Assembly (NCBI RefSeq): GCF_036321535.1
Contig: NC_087436.1
Location: forward strand, 49,602,001 to 49,666,000
Source of the DNA: Camelus dromedarius
Lineage: Eukaryota
DNA: 64,000 nt
Direction of reading: 5' to 3'
The notes under the pieces were generated by a model, which saw nothing but the letters and a program-made list of their open reading frames with translations, did not search any database and was not told the DNA's origin. Positions 37,526 through 50,344 of this stretch are shown here, piece by piece (position 1 is the first letter of the stretch; each line of letters opens with the position of its first letter). A program made the position numbers and the translations under genes.

Positions 37526-39412
37526 ACCCCATATTCCGTCTGCTGTGTGTTGGCAGAAAGCCTAAAAGGTTATCATCACAACAGAAAGAAAGTTAATTCA
37601 GCTGCAGATTGATTAACCTAAAGGGGAATCCAATCAACATCAGCAGAGACCCGGGAGGAGCACTTTTCTTTCCACACTGACGTTTTTACCAGGACGGCAC
37701 AATCTCTCCCATCTGGATCAAAATCAGAATTCCAAATATCAGAACAAGTTAAATTACTTTTTCCTCTCTGCAGTAGCAGCTGTCTGTTTTGTGGGGTAGT
37801 TATATATACAGCCAAAAGTCCTAACTGACGTCTTAGATTCACTCTATTATACTGATTTTTTGTGGTCATCTCTGGCATCTTTCTGGACTTGTGATTGTGG
37901 ATGATGAATCTAATAAAAAATTAAATATTCACGTGATTCAAAATGGAAGTGTGAGGGCAGCTCAGAATTTCTGTTAGGTCAATTACCACTCAGAAGAATA
38001 CGTCTGCAGCCGAACTTCCTCCTTTGAGTGGAATACTGGCTCACGTTCAGGAAATGGCATTTTAAGCATGGCCTTACCGACTTGAACTGAGAGCTTGTTT
38101 TGCTTAACAACCCGAGGGAATCAGGATCTAGGTAAAACCAGGAGGGTGAGATTTAAGACTACTCCAGGAATATGAAATATGTGTGTTCTTTTTATTTTCG
38201 TGAGGAATAAGCAGTCATAATTTAAAGCCGTCTTTCTGTTGCAATTTTGCTTTGTGTTGCCACGATACCCTTTTAATTTTTCTCATGTTCAGTTTTCCTT
38301 TGTGAAGAGAAAAGGCTGAGTATTTGTTTTGTATTAATTGGAATACCTGTGCTACTTTTAGCAGAAATGTCTATTTTCATTTATTATAATAATCAATTGT
38401 CTTCTCATTAAATCTGAAGCTATCCCACACTACTGTTCTGTTTCTAAAGCATATTACCTTCGGTACTTGCACGTTCATGATCTCATTTGATTCTCACAAC
38501 ATCCTATGAAGTAGAATTTCATAAAAGGCATCGTTTGCCATTGCAAATTCATATGTTAAAATGAGATGAGACTTTTTGCTCTGGGGGAAGTTTTATTGTG
38601 ATTTGAGTATTACCTAGTTTGTGACTGTGGAAACAACTGGGTTAGTCCTATTATTCATAACTTCCTAACTTTGGGTGATTTTCCAGAAATGTTTACTCCA
38701 TCAAAGTTCAGATAAATTCTCTTTTTAAAGAGCAATTGGAAAATGAGTAACAATGATTATTTAAGGGAAAACTTGGGGCACCTTCATCTTTTTATCGGAA
38801 AAATGAACTAATTCTGTAATCTAACCTGTCTCTTTAAGATGTGCCACTAGGGCCAGGAGCAAAGAATCTGCAATATTCTTTATAATTTCATGGGGTCTTC
38901 TGAGGAAATGTGCCAATTTTATGCGGACTCGTAGGGAAAAATTTTGATTTCATGTGGATTCGAGTGAAAAGGTAAATTTCATGGGATTTCTAAAAATGGC
39001 TGGATTTCTCAGGATCCATGAAATCTCTGACAGCCATGGAGAAAATGCACTGCTCTTGTCATGGAGTACATTTTAGTGCAGTTGGGCAAAACTTTATTTC
39101 TTATACACCTGCTATGATGTACATGACACGTTCTGAGTCTTTTTCAACCATTTACCTTTTTATAGATGTGTGTGAATACTGAAGGTGGTACTCTGTGTAT
39201 GTAACAGCAATGTGCTTATTTTGTCAGTTGCTTAGAGTGTACACTGTGTGGTCACTAATACACATGTGACTCATGTGGTCACTCGTGCTGAAGCCAAGGT
39301 CAGGATGGTGGTCCCAGTCAGGAAATGGATAGAAGCCTCTCACTCCCATGGCCATAGTCCTCATAGGGTCAGGGAACATTAGGCTTAGAGGAGACCTTAG
39401 ACATCATCCAGT

Positions 39413-39831
39413 GTAGCAGTTCTCCAAAGTGTTCCAAGGCAGTGTTTTTTTTTCCCCCTCTGAAATGAAGAACTCTTGATAAAGTCCCAAAGAAAACAAA
39501 ATACAATTTTACCTCAATTTATATGGTACATGTATTCATGCAAAATTCACTATAAATTAAAACAGTGAAAACACTTTGTTTTAATATGTTAAATGGTGTT
39601 CGAGTCTAAATCAGATGATCAGGAAAAGGTTGCTCACCTGCTTGAACATCCAGTGGGAGATGAGGAAGTAGGGTTGGGTGCAGGAACAGTCTTCCTTATT
39701 CAGGGCTGCAGCCATTGCAGGATCTCCTGCATCTCTGTCCTTTTGTCTTCTAAATGCTCATAATACCTCCTAATTATTGTGACAAAAACTTCTTAAAATT
39801 TCCAAATTGTAATCTCCCTTTGAGAACCATT
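39413..39831. mobile_element. hAT-Charlie (MER20B-like) remnant
   Basis: gcagttctccaaag start and tttgagaaccatt end resemble Charlie TIRs. Confidence 0.55.
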
Positions 39832-39889
39832 TTCACTGGTTTTCTTGCTTTTTAGCCGCATGGTATACAGATTTTAGTAAAAATGAAAA

Positions 39890-40835
39890 TCTGCCCACGT
39901 AATTCTCTTGCTTAAAGTCTTCTGATGGTTCTCCATTCCTTTCAGGGTTAAGTTCAACAGCTTAGTTTAGCATATAGAAACCATCATGGTCCGGTCACTT
40001 TCATTCCTCTGATTTCATCACCCTTGCATGACTCTAGGTATATTGGGTAGTTTAAACACCATCTACGTCTACTGTTTACACCTCTACATCTTTAGATATG
40101 CATTTTTTCCCCTTATAATATGATTGCTCATTCAAAGCTCAAGTATCACATTTTTGGCAAGGCCTTTTGGACAGCCAACTTGGATTACATTGCCTCTCCT
40201 CTGTGCTCTCACGGCGGTAACCTAGGCTTCCACTGTACTCTGAATATTGTTTATTCAACCTCTTAAAGTAAGAACTCTGATGTTTCACTAAAACATTTAT
40301 ATTTCTTAACATGGCCTACACAGATCTTCAAGATGTGCTCCTACGTATCTGCCTAGCTTCATGGCTCGTGATCTTCCACCAGCACTTCATTTTTCAGCCA
40401 TATCTAAAACTTGCCTTACAATTCTTAGAACTTCCTTTCGCCTGCAGCCTCTACTCTTGGACATGCTGGAAAAGCGATTGCTCTTCTCGTAACCTGTGTA
40501 AATCTTGCTCATTCTCTAAGACTCAGCAGAGCTTGTCATCAATTCACTGAGAACCTGTTAGGGGTATGTACAGTGGTTGGTACTGAGGGTGTGGAAGTTG
40601 TGGAGACATGGTCTGAGTTTATATGGCGCTAATAATCCAATTATAAATCTTCCCTCTCTCCTGAGGCTGGATTAAAAGTCCTTCCTCCATCCAGTCTCTA
40701 GCACAGCACTTATCTCACAATGTTGCATATGCACTGTAAGCTTCTTGAGGAAAGATGATGAACCATCTTTATATTTGTGTTGTCAGCACCCGGCAGAGAG
40801 CTTGATTCATAATGGGCATTTCAAGAGTGGATAAA
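39890..40835 (+). mobile_element. L2 remnants
   Basis: ctcttgcttaaagtcttctgatggttctccattcc; actgtaagcttcttgagg...cagcacccggcagagagcttg. Confidence 0.65.
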
Positions 40836-42029
40836 GACCTGGGATGTTCACTAATTTCAAGACAGTTAATGTAGTATGTATTGAAAAGATCTTGAGTGGC
40901 ACTTTGACGGACTCCTCCTTATTTTGCGTCCTTATAATTATCAAGTACAGTATTTTGAAATAGAACCTCATATAGCTTTCTAGCGATTTTTTTCCTTCTT
41001 CTTCATTTCTCAGTAGAGTTTTCCTTCTTGATAACAGCCCTGGAGCTCAGACTTGCCACCCTGGACCTCTCTAATCTCTTACACAGAAGAAGTCAGGGAA
41101 GGGAGGTTAACACATATGCAAATCACTTTGTGTAGATCCTGGTTTCAAGCGACGGAGGTCAGCTGTATGGTCTCCCCCCTGTTTCCTAGTTACCAAAAAG
41201 TTAAAAGGGAAACAGAATGATAGGCCTGGATCTTGCAGACTGCACATTTTCTTAATTCTTCATGGAATATTTGGTTTTCTGGCTAGATAACATCTGATTT
41301 TGTTTTTCTGCATATGAGTAGGCTTCTGTGAGATATGAAGGAAATTTATAAATTCTGAAAAAGAGACTGCATGCTTATCATTTCAATTTCTAAAGCACCT
41401 GACTACAAGATAAGTAGATGCCCCTTCTCCAAATGGGGCAAACAAACTGAAAAATGAAATTTCTTGGATTTTAGTATTCTGTTTATTTGGAACAAAATGA
41501 AAAAAAAAAAATTAAGGTCCTTTCTAGCATAAGAAATGACCTTGGGAAAAGTTGTAGATCTTTTCATTCTGGACTCAAAGATAACTTTTAAAAAAGAGAA
41601 ACTTACCACCTTCTATGTGGAAATATACTGAATATATATTTTAATAAATATGTATACTAAATACATATATTTCAAAATATACTAAATATATATTTTAGGC
41701 AATAAAAAGATATATGTATATGTTGCCTAAAATAATTAAGTTATTTTAAATGAGAGTCTAATAAAACTACAAATATCACCAGCTATAAGATATTGACATA
41801 GTGATTTTTTAAAAAGTCTTATCAAATTCCCTTCCAGCAAACATTTTTACTTTTCTCCCTGAATTATAAAACTATTCTTGAAAGCTTTTATAGTGGAAAG
41901 CAAGAAATAAAATGCTTGGATAAGAAATCCACAGGCCTGAAACACAATAACTTAAAAAAAAAAATCTTTCAAATACTACAGGTTGGGTATTAGGCCTGCC
42001 TTCATTGGCTATTGGTTTAGACCACTACT

Positions 42030-42200
42030 CCCAGAGCCAAGAGGAGTTGACTTCTGGTTCTGGATTCACTTTTTCTAACCATGTTGCTTGGTGAAGAACC
42101 TTCAGTTCTTTGAGCCTGAATTTCCTCATCTGTGTAAAAGAGAGTTTCACTCCACAGGTGGTGGTTATACAGAAACAACAAAAGTTACTGTGTGTAAAAA
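42030..42200 (+). mobile_element. MIR remnant
   Basis: ctttgagcctgaatttcctcatctgtgtaaaag. Confidence 0.6.
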
Positions 42201-43639
42201 AAATTCAAATGAACTAATAATATATAATTGTAAAATATTGTTATAATTATTGCAATGTCTTATACTTGCCTAATGTGCCCTCTAGTCGTCATTTTGTTCT
42301 TTATGAAGTTAGAAATTGCTCAGAGACCCTTGATATATAGAAAGCCACTATGCTTTAAAAAAAAATCTTGCAGGATATATTAGCATTCATCCTGCTGGAT
42401 GCATTCTTAAGACACCTCCGTGATATCATCAGTGCTTTGAGGACTTGCAGAGTTCTGTGATTTTCACAAATCAGCCCTTAAATTGCAGCAGGTAGGCAAT
42501 GTGGAGAAATAAATACTTAAAATAGAAAATTTAAAATACATGAATTTCTTTAAAATCAGGCTCCAACTTTATTTTGGCCTCTTCCAACATATTTTAAATT
42601 AAAAAAATTCAACCAAAAAGAAATGAAACATGTTACCAATACTTCGCTTTATTTCCCTTCCAAAAGGACCTTGGCATAATTTTTAAGAGACTATTTCATG
42701 CAGCTTCAGAGTTTGTTGTTGTTCTCTTTGCTCGCATAGTTACGTCCATTGTATTTTTTCCTCTTAGACTCAGTCTCTGTTTTTGCTAGCTGCTGGTACT
42801 GATTTCACTGCTGAAATCTGGGAATATCAACCTGGACAATCAGAGGAGCTCATTCAAGTGCTCCCACCCCCCTGAGACACGATCAAGACATAGGGCTAAA
42901 TTTGGGGTTCCAACTCCTACCCCCAAGTGGCAGTGGACTGAAGCCACACTTAGCCTTCATATAAGATTCATGACAATCCGGGGACTGGCTGGGCTCTGAC
43001 ACTGTATTAGATATGTGAAGATCCAAGCTGCTCTCTACATAACTCAGGGCCGAATAGGGATTGCTTTGTAGGTACCTTGGCTGTTTTAAAGTTTTCTTTT
43101 AACCCAGTGACTTTGAAATTTCTCAGTATTTTTTGTGTGTGTGAGTGAAAAGAAAGTCAGACAGGGAAGAGCTGATGTTCCCTAGGGGCAAATCGTGTTT
43201 TCGGCTCCTCTTTATACCAAAGTTCTTCTTGCATTTTATCTTATTTCTCCTCCTACAAGCTAAAGATTTGAGCAGCTCTTCTTTTCTGACCAAATGTAAG
43301 GGATGGATGCTGCAAGGACATCCATCGTCCACTGGATCTTAAATGCCTTACTCGACGTGTAGAAGGTAAATGCAGGAGTTTTCCTTAATTCCTAACATTA
43401 TTTGGCCCATAAGCCCTTTTATTAGAGACCTTGAACTCCCAAATCCCTGGACATTTCTGGAGAAACATTTGAAATCTTCATTTCAAAAAGCAGATGATAA
43501 AATGAGATTTTTATCAATGGATTCTTTATTAAGAACTAGCTGAAAGATTTTTTAATTTGTTTCTATTAAGACAAGGAGTGGAAGTTGTACACTTTCATAC
43601 CCCAAGACCACTTGGATGCACTACTACATAGCAATGTAA

Positions 43640-43810
43640 TTGAATTTTCACCAAAGTCCTAGTGAGCAGGTATTACAAATGCAATTTTAGGTGGGTGGGA
43701 ACAGGCTCCGGAGGGTTAGCTGACATTTGAAATCATACAGCTAATATGTAGCAGATCCAGAATGTAAAACCAATTTTGTCTGATTCCAAAGCCCATGCTT
43801 TCCCCACTGA
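43640..43810 (-). mobile_element. MIR remnant
   Basis: aggctccggagggttagctgac...tcatacagcta...tgtctgattccaaagcccatgcttt. Confidence 0.7.
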
Positions 43811-44805
43811 TTCCTAATGCCTTGTAGAAAGGAAAGAAATTAAGGTACATGACCTAACCAGGGAACGGTGGAGATTTATGTTCCAGTTCCCTGGTTTCTG
43901 AGCAATTCTTCCATGAAATGGTGATGACACCACCATATTTCGTTTCAGGGTTGTCAAATACAGTGGAGACTGTAAATTTTTAACCAGGACCAGAACAGAA
44001 CTTAGCATCTCTACCTCTTGCCTATTCACAGTCCTTCTGAAACTTCTGTACACACTTCCTCTCATGAGGTTTCCCCTCCCTCCACCCTTGCTTTGCTCTT
44101 GTAGCATTTTCTCATTGAGGCACCTCCTTTCCCACCTCACTTGCCACATGGCACTACAGAAGAGCCAGGCAGATAAATGGTATCAGAGAGAAAGGAAGGG
44201 AACAATCAGAGGTCAATTAGGACCTCCCTTCTCCGGATTAAAAATGATGCATAAGGGATTTTGGTAACATGACTGCACTGTAACTTCTAATTTAACAAAC
44301 AAATGAAAAACCTCATCAAATAAATCAAAAATGAAAAAAATCCTTTTGCATATGCCTCAGTGCTACTTCATGGTCCACATTTGGCTTGAATTAGGTGAAT
44401 TTTAAACCCTTATTTACCACTGACAGTAAAGTAAACCATTATATGGCTGTAAGCAAAAGGTAGGCACTTCTGTGGGAGAGAACTATATTTATATATTTAT
44501 TTGGTAATATTTACTCAACCTAATTTAATAACAGAGGACTATGGGGCTCTAAAATGTTCTAATGGAATGGGTAAACAATATTCACGGTTTTCCTGTCACT
44601 ATTAGCTGTTTCCGAGCAATCTTTAACTCGGCTCTGTGGCCCTTTTACCAGATTTTAAACTCTGCGAGGGCACAGAATCATTTATTTACACTTATTTATA
44701 AAACCTGTTGGTTTTGAGGCTTTTGCTACATGTCAGGCCCTGCTCTAGATACTGGGGGGTAACAGCAGAAAATGAAACCTGAACTTTTGGTAAGTAGTTA
44801 GTATT

Positions 44806-44839
<34 letters not shown>

Positions 44840-44868
44840 CGCGCGCGCGTGCGCGCTTGTGTGTGCAT
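44806..44868. repeat. Compound (TG)n(CG)n microsatellite
   Basis: Directly visible alternating purine-pyrimidine tract. Confidence 0.95.
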
Positions 44869-45103
44869 GTGGTCAGGGAGATTTTATGTGAGTTTATGTG
44901 TATATGGTAGGAGAGAAACAGATAATAAATATATACATATATATAACACATACATATATATTATATATATAGTGCCATAAATGGTTGCTAATGATGATGG
45001 GTGCCATAAAGAAAAATAAACTCCAGGGTAAGGAGTTTGAGAATGACTGAGGAGGGATCGTAGTTCCTATTTTACACTGAACTGTCAAAGGAGCCTCTGA
45101 TAG

Positions 45104-45689
45104 TATGGAGAAAAGAGAACCCTCCTACACTGTTGGTGGGAATGTAGTTTGGTGCAGCCACTAGGGAAAACAGTTTGGAGATTATTTAAAAAAATAAAAA
45201 TAGACTTACCATATGATCTAGCAATCCCATTCTTGGGCATATATTCAGAGAAATCTCCAATTCGAAAAGATACACACACCCCAATGTTCATAGCAGTACT
45301 ATATACAATAGCCAAGACATGGAAGCAACCTAAATGTCCATCAACAGATGACTGGATAGAGAAGGTGTTATATCAAATGGAATACTACTTAGCCATAAAA
45401 AAAGAATGAAATAATGCAGCAACATTGATGGACCTAGAGATGAGTGAAGTAAGTCAGAAAGATATCACTTATATGTGGAATCTGAAAAAAAAGGCACAAA
45501 TGAACTTATTTACAGAACAGAAATAGATTTACAGATATAGAAAACAAACTTATGTTATCAAAGGGGGAAGGAGAGAGAGGGATAACTTGAAAGTTTGGGA
45601 TTTGCAGATAAAAACTACTATATATAAAATAGATAAACAAAGTCCTACTGTATAGCACAGGGAACTATATTCAATAACTTGTAATAAAC

Positions 45690-45759
<70 letters not shown>

Positions 45760-45825
45760 TGAATCACTATGCTGTACACCAGAAACTAACACAACATTGC
45801 AAATCAACAATACTTCAATTTAAAA
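45104..45825 (+). mobile_element. 5'-truncated L1 (ORF2 end and 3' UTR) with perfect 17-bp TSD
   Basis: ORF 45149-45409 [14 protein letters not shown]...[41 protein letters not shown] at 45087-45103 and 45826-45842. Confidence 0.95.
45695..45757. repeat. (TA)n microsatellite of about 30 units inside the L1 3' UTR
   Basis: Directly visible. Confidence 0.95.
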
Positions 45826-46329
45826 AAAGGAGCCTCTGATAGGTCATTTTTTGAGCAGAGACCAGACAAAAGTGAGGGAATGAGCCCTGTGATTATCTGG
45901 GTAAGAACATGCCAAGCAGAGAAAACAGCAGAGACAACAGCCCTGAAGCAGGGGCACATCTGGCATTTTTTCAGCAACAGCAAAGAGGACAGTGTGGCAG
46001 GAAGGGAGGAATGAGGGGAGTGGTAGGAGAATCAGCCAAAGGCTGTACTGTATAAGGGCCTTCTAGGACATAGCAAAGATTTTGGGATTCTACATTGAAG
46101 GAAATGAGATGCATCAGTGGGTTTTGAACAAAGAAGGTGAGCTCTGGCTGCTATGTTGAACATAGACCAGAGGAGCAAGCATGGACCTTCGTTATATTTA
46201 TTTATGCCCCTGAATAAACTTACAGGGGTATGGAGAGAAATGAGTGAGATAATATACATAAAGAGCAATTAAGTTAATATGCCCTGAGATGCTGAACATG
46301 AAAGTACTCAGTGTGTTAGCCAGAGAGCC

Positions 46330-46570
46330 AGCATAATTCAGTGGTTTGGAGATGAACTTGGGCATTTCACTGTCTGGGTTCAATCCTAGCTCCGTTTCTT
46401 ACTTGTGTGATTTTGGAAAAGTTACTTAACTCCTGCTTGCCTTTCATTTCTCATCTATAAAGTATGAGTAATAAGAGTTTCTGGTTCATAGAATCATTGT
46501 GAGAATTAAAATGGAGCCCATATCAGTAAAATACATCACCTTGCACACAGCAGGCACTCAATAAAAGTTT
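46330..46570 (+). mobile_element. MIR SINE
   Basis: ctgtctgggttcaatcctagctcc...ggaaaagttacttaac...tttctcatctataaagtatgagtaataa. Confidence 0.8.
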
Positions 46571-46579
46571 TCAGTCTCA

Positions 46580-46795
46580 TTGTATAGCATTTCTACTTTG
46601 CAAAGTGGTTTCACGTGCTCCTTCTCACAAGCGTCAGGTAGTAATTTGCATAAGGATTGTTATTCCCATTTTGTAGATAAGACAGTTGAGGTTCAGAGAA
46701 GTGAAGTGGCTTGCTTTAGATCACCTAGCTGGAAAGCAATGGGCTGAGATCAAGCCCAGATCTTGCAACTCCAAGTACTCTTTTCATTATGCTCT
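46580..46795 (-). mobile_element. MIR SINE
   Basis: ttattcccattttgtagataagacagttgaggttcagagaagtgaagtggcttgc. Confidence 0.8.
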
Positions 46796-47519
46796 GCTGC
46801 ATGTGAATATTCTCATGTGTCCAAGAGGAACTCAAGGTCAGGCCTCTTAACTCTAAATTGATTATTACTTCTATTTTATCACAGTTCTTAATTAAATCTT
46901 TGTATAATAAATGAATCTGTGCATTAACAAAAGAAATAACATGAGAAAGGAAGACCCTTTAGAGAGAAGACAATACATTTAGGTTGCCAGAACATGAAAC
47001 ATGGATTTGGGAGACTGGATACCGATCAGTTGGTGACACACTGTTTAATTCTGAAAAAATTGCCTAACATCTTGAGTCCTTGGTTTCTTCATATGCTAAA
47101 TGAAATCTCAGTATATTCTCATATCTGCTGGCTAGATTTGTGAAAATATATGCCAAGATAAAGATGGAAACATTTAGAAAAAAATGCTACATATACCACA
47201 TGTGTTGCTACTATTAAACTTCTCTAAGAAAATTCAGATCTAGACACCTCTAAACTACCTTCTGGGGTTGATTAGTAAGCATTTGCTCAAAAAACTTGAA
47301 TTCTTTGCACTTTTCTTGGGGGAGGGTGAGTGTAGATTAAAAATTTTTCTAAATTCATGGGAATTTTTCCAGCTAGCTTAGAGAAAGTCATCCAGTCCCA
47401 TCTTCTTCTCGACTTTTCATAGCAGAAGAAATTGCCTTAAATTCTTTCCTAAGCATTGGTATCATGGGAAATTGAACATCCCACTCCCATGGAAACACTT
47501 AACAAAACTGTTGATTGGG

Positions 47520-48900
47520 TTTCACTGAACAAATATTGAGTATCTATTATGCACCAGTCATTCCACAAAGGGTGGCCAAAAAATATAAGACATCATTCCC
47601 GACCTCAGGGAGCTCAGAATCAAATAGAGAGACCATGTAGAGACCACATGTGATCTGGGCTGCAGTAGAGGCTTTTACAATGTGCTTTGGGGGTATGGTA
47701 GTTCAAGGTACATCCAACTTTGACTGGTGCTGAGTAGGGAGGATCAAGGAAGTTGTGCCACAAGTGATGCTTAAACTGAGCCTTGAAGCATAAGGAAAGG
47801 TTTTCTAGGTAAATAGAGTGGGAGAAAAGGTCTTTTAGCAGAGGAGGACCTTTGCAGGGTCATCAAGCACAAGAGAGTATATTGTCCTCAAGGACATTAA
47901 AAGGCTCAGGAAAGGATGGATGGAGCACCTGAGATTATGGCCGGGGATGAGATTGAATATGGAAGCAGAATTTAGAGAACTTTTTTCTGGTGCTAACAGT
48001 AAATGGCTCGGTGTAACAGTAATGTGATCAGATTTGATTTACAGCAAGTTTGCTAATGGATGGATTGGGGAGGAGCATGACTGGAGTCTGAAACACCAGT
48101 GAGGATGCTATTTCAGTAGGTTGAGTGAACTATTATTGAAGTAGGAACTAAGACTATGAAGCTGAGAGTTGAAAACTGAATCTAAAAAAATTTTTTTAAG
48201 TAGAATGTACAGAACTATTAACCAATTGGATGTGGATGCTGAAGGAAAAAGAAAAGTCCAAGAATCTCTCTCCATTTATGATTTTTATTAATGGAGGTAA
48301 AGTGGAAGGAGGAGGTTGGCTGATAGGCAAAGGGATTGAAGGTCCTTGATTACAGTTATGCATGTAATAATCTTGGGGTATGTGAGGGACAGTCAGAAAA
48401 TATCTGTAGATCATATAAGGTTTTAGAACTCAAGCAAAGGTTTGGAATGGAAATACAAATGCAAATACAGATTTGGGAGGTTTGGAATGTGGGTGATAAT
48501 TAGATGAGATGAAGAAGCCAGGAAATAATAAAGTGAAAAGAAACAAAAATAATGAGATAATCTTGGAAAGGCCAACTTGAAGGAGTACATCGAGCAAGAA
48601 GAACCCATGGGGGAAAAGAAAAACAACGAGAAGGAGCAGTTGGAAGGACAGTAAGGAGGCACTGATGTCTCTGAAGCCAAAGAAGGCAAGAGTGCGAAGG
48701 AGAGTGTAAATTCTGCAAGAATACCCCCCCCCCCCAATGCTCGTGAGGCTGGGCTATTAGGAGGCCGTGAGTGACATTTACCTAAGCAGTTTGAAGCCAA
48801 ACTGCCAAGGCTGGAGATTTGACGGGTGCTGGGGACTGTGAAGAAGCAGAGCCCATGAGTTTGTGCCTTTTTTTTTCCCTCAGAGAATTTTCTTAAAAGG
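47520..48900 (-). mobile_element. L2 remnant
   Basis: cactgaacaaatattgagtatctattatgcaccag (antisense 3' end) followed by a long purine-rich L2 body. Confidence 0.75.
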
Positions 48901-50344
48901 GATGAGATATGGTTGTAAATAGAGAGGGCACTTTGGGGGGGGGGGCGGATATTTGAGCATAATTATAAGTTGAAAGGAAAGAGATTGATGAAGAAGGGAA
49001 GAGATACTTAACCGGGCAGTGTCTTAACTGGATGTATGAGGTTTGAATCTATTTGAAAGAAGGAAGAGGATGCTTTCTGTGAGACTGAATTTCCACCTGA
49101 TGTGTGGACTGAGATGACTGTGTGAGGGCTGTTTTCTGGACTGTAAGGCCTTTCAGTGTTCAGGGAGCACGTAACCTAGCACATAGGTCCTCACAGAGAG
49201 GAACAAGTAACGGTTCGCCCCTAACACATGAGACATCTGGGTGTCGAAATATTTCATAACAATAATAGATCAAACTATGGTAAAATTATGATTTGTATAG
49301 GTCGTTTTTTGGAATTCCTCCCTCCCTCCAGAGGTTAAGAGCTAGTCTGGTGATTGGAAAAGGGTCAGAGGCGCTATGGGACTGACCAGTTTAGATAAGC
49401 ACTCACCATTATCTGATGTCTATCAAGACTGAATCTGAATTCCAGACCTGGAGGTTTGCCCAGCTGCGCATCCTATCTGGCTTATGCTTTTTCCGATAGG
49501 CAAATAAGTCAGGATCAGACGGTGGCAGATACCGGGCCATATGCGTATTTATAATATTGCAAACTTGCCATCACGCTGACTAAGCCAAATTAAGCACATA
49601 AGAACACGGAAAGTTTAGATGGAAGCTGATGTTTTTAGGATTCCAGGATGTGGCTCTGCCAGATCAGTGTGTTAACTTAATGAGGGAGAGCAGCTCGCGT
49701 TTCAGGAAGGAAAGCAGCCACGTTGTTTCCCTGACAAACGTATCCATCCCTCCGCGCAGGTTCTGTGCCTCGTAGAGCCCCTCCCCCCACCCCAAGAAGC
49801 GCTTATCTGACTCCTTATAAAAATAGGCTCGGGGTTGTGTCTGATACCGGTAGCCTTTTCTGCAGACCGCAGTAATTACTCTGTAAATACGTTGCGTCTG
49901 AATCCCCTTTAACGCACTGGTCTTTGTTCCTTTCCGCTCATGTCCTCTTTTTGCTTTTGAGCTATTTCCTCTCTTCCTTCTCAATACTCATCAGAGTTTC
50001 AGACACCTCAGTAATTATCCCTTCTCATCTTTTTTTTCCTAATGAACAGAAAGCCAATTTTTCTCCCTTCTCTTCACAGTTATAAACATGGTTACTGTTT
50101 CTCTTTTTGTTGCTATTTCTGTCCCTTTCCGAGTCTCTGATACCCTTTCTCCTAATAATATACCTGAAACCTTGTGCAGTGTTTCAGTGGCCTGTCATAC
50201 TGTGGTTAGTGTTTATTTTTAATTTTTGTCAGATCTCTGGCTTTATGTCACTCTTTTGTTTTGAATGTGTTAAATGGCATGGAATAAGTGGTTTCAAATT
50301 TCTGCTTCCTTCTGGCTCTGGAGCGTTCTCTTGGTCCGCATGTG

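Larger units (their letters stand above)
44675..46170 (-). mobile_element. L2 remnant, split by an L1 insertion
   Basis: tgtcaggccctgctctagatactggggg; after the L1, ttttgagcagagacc...agtgagggaatgagccctgtgattatctgggtaagaacatgccaagcagag. Confidence 0.8.

Noticed and set aside
42374..42491. Possible coding exon (ttgcag|GAT ... CAG|gtaggc)
   Set aside because: Stops in all three plus-strand frames and an A-rich rather than pyrimidine-rich acceptor tract
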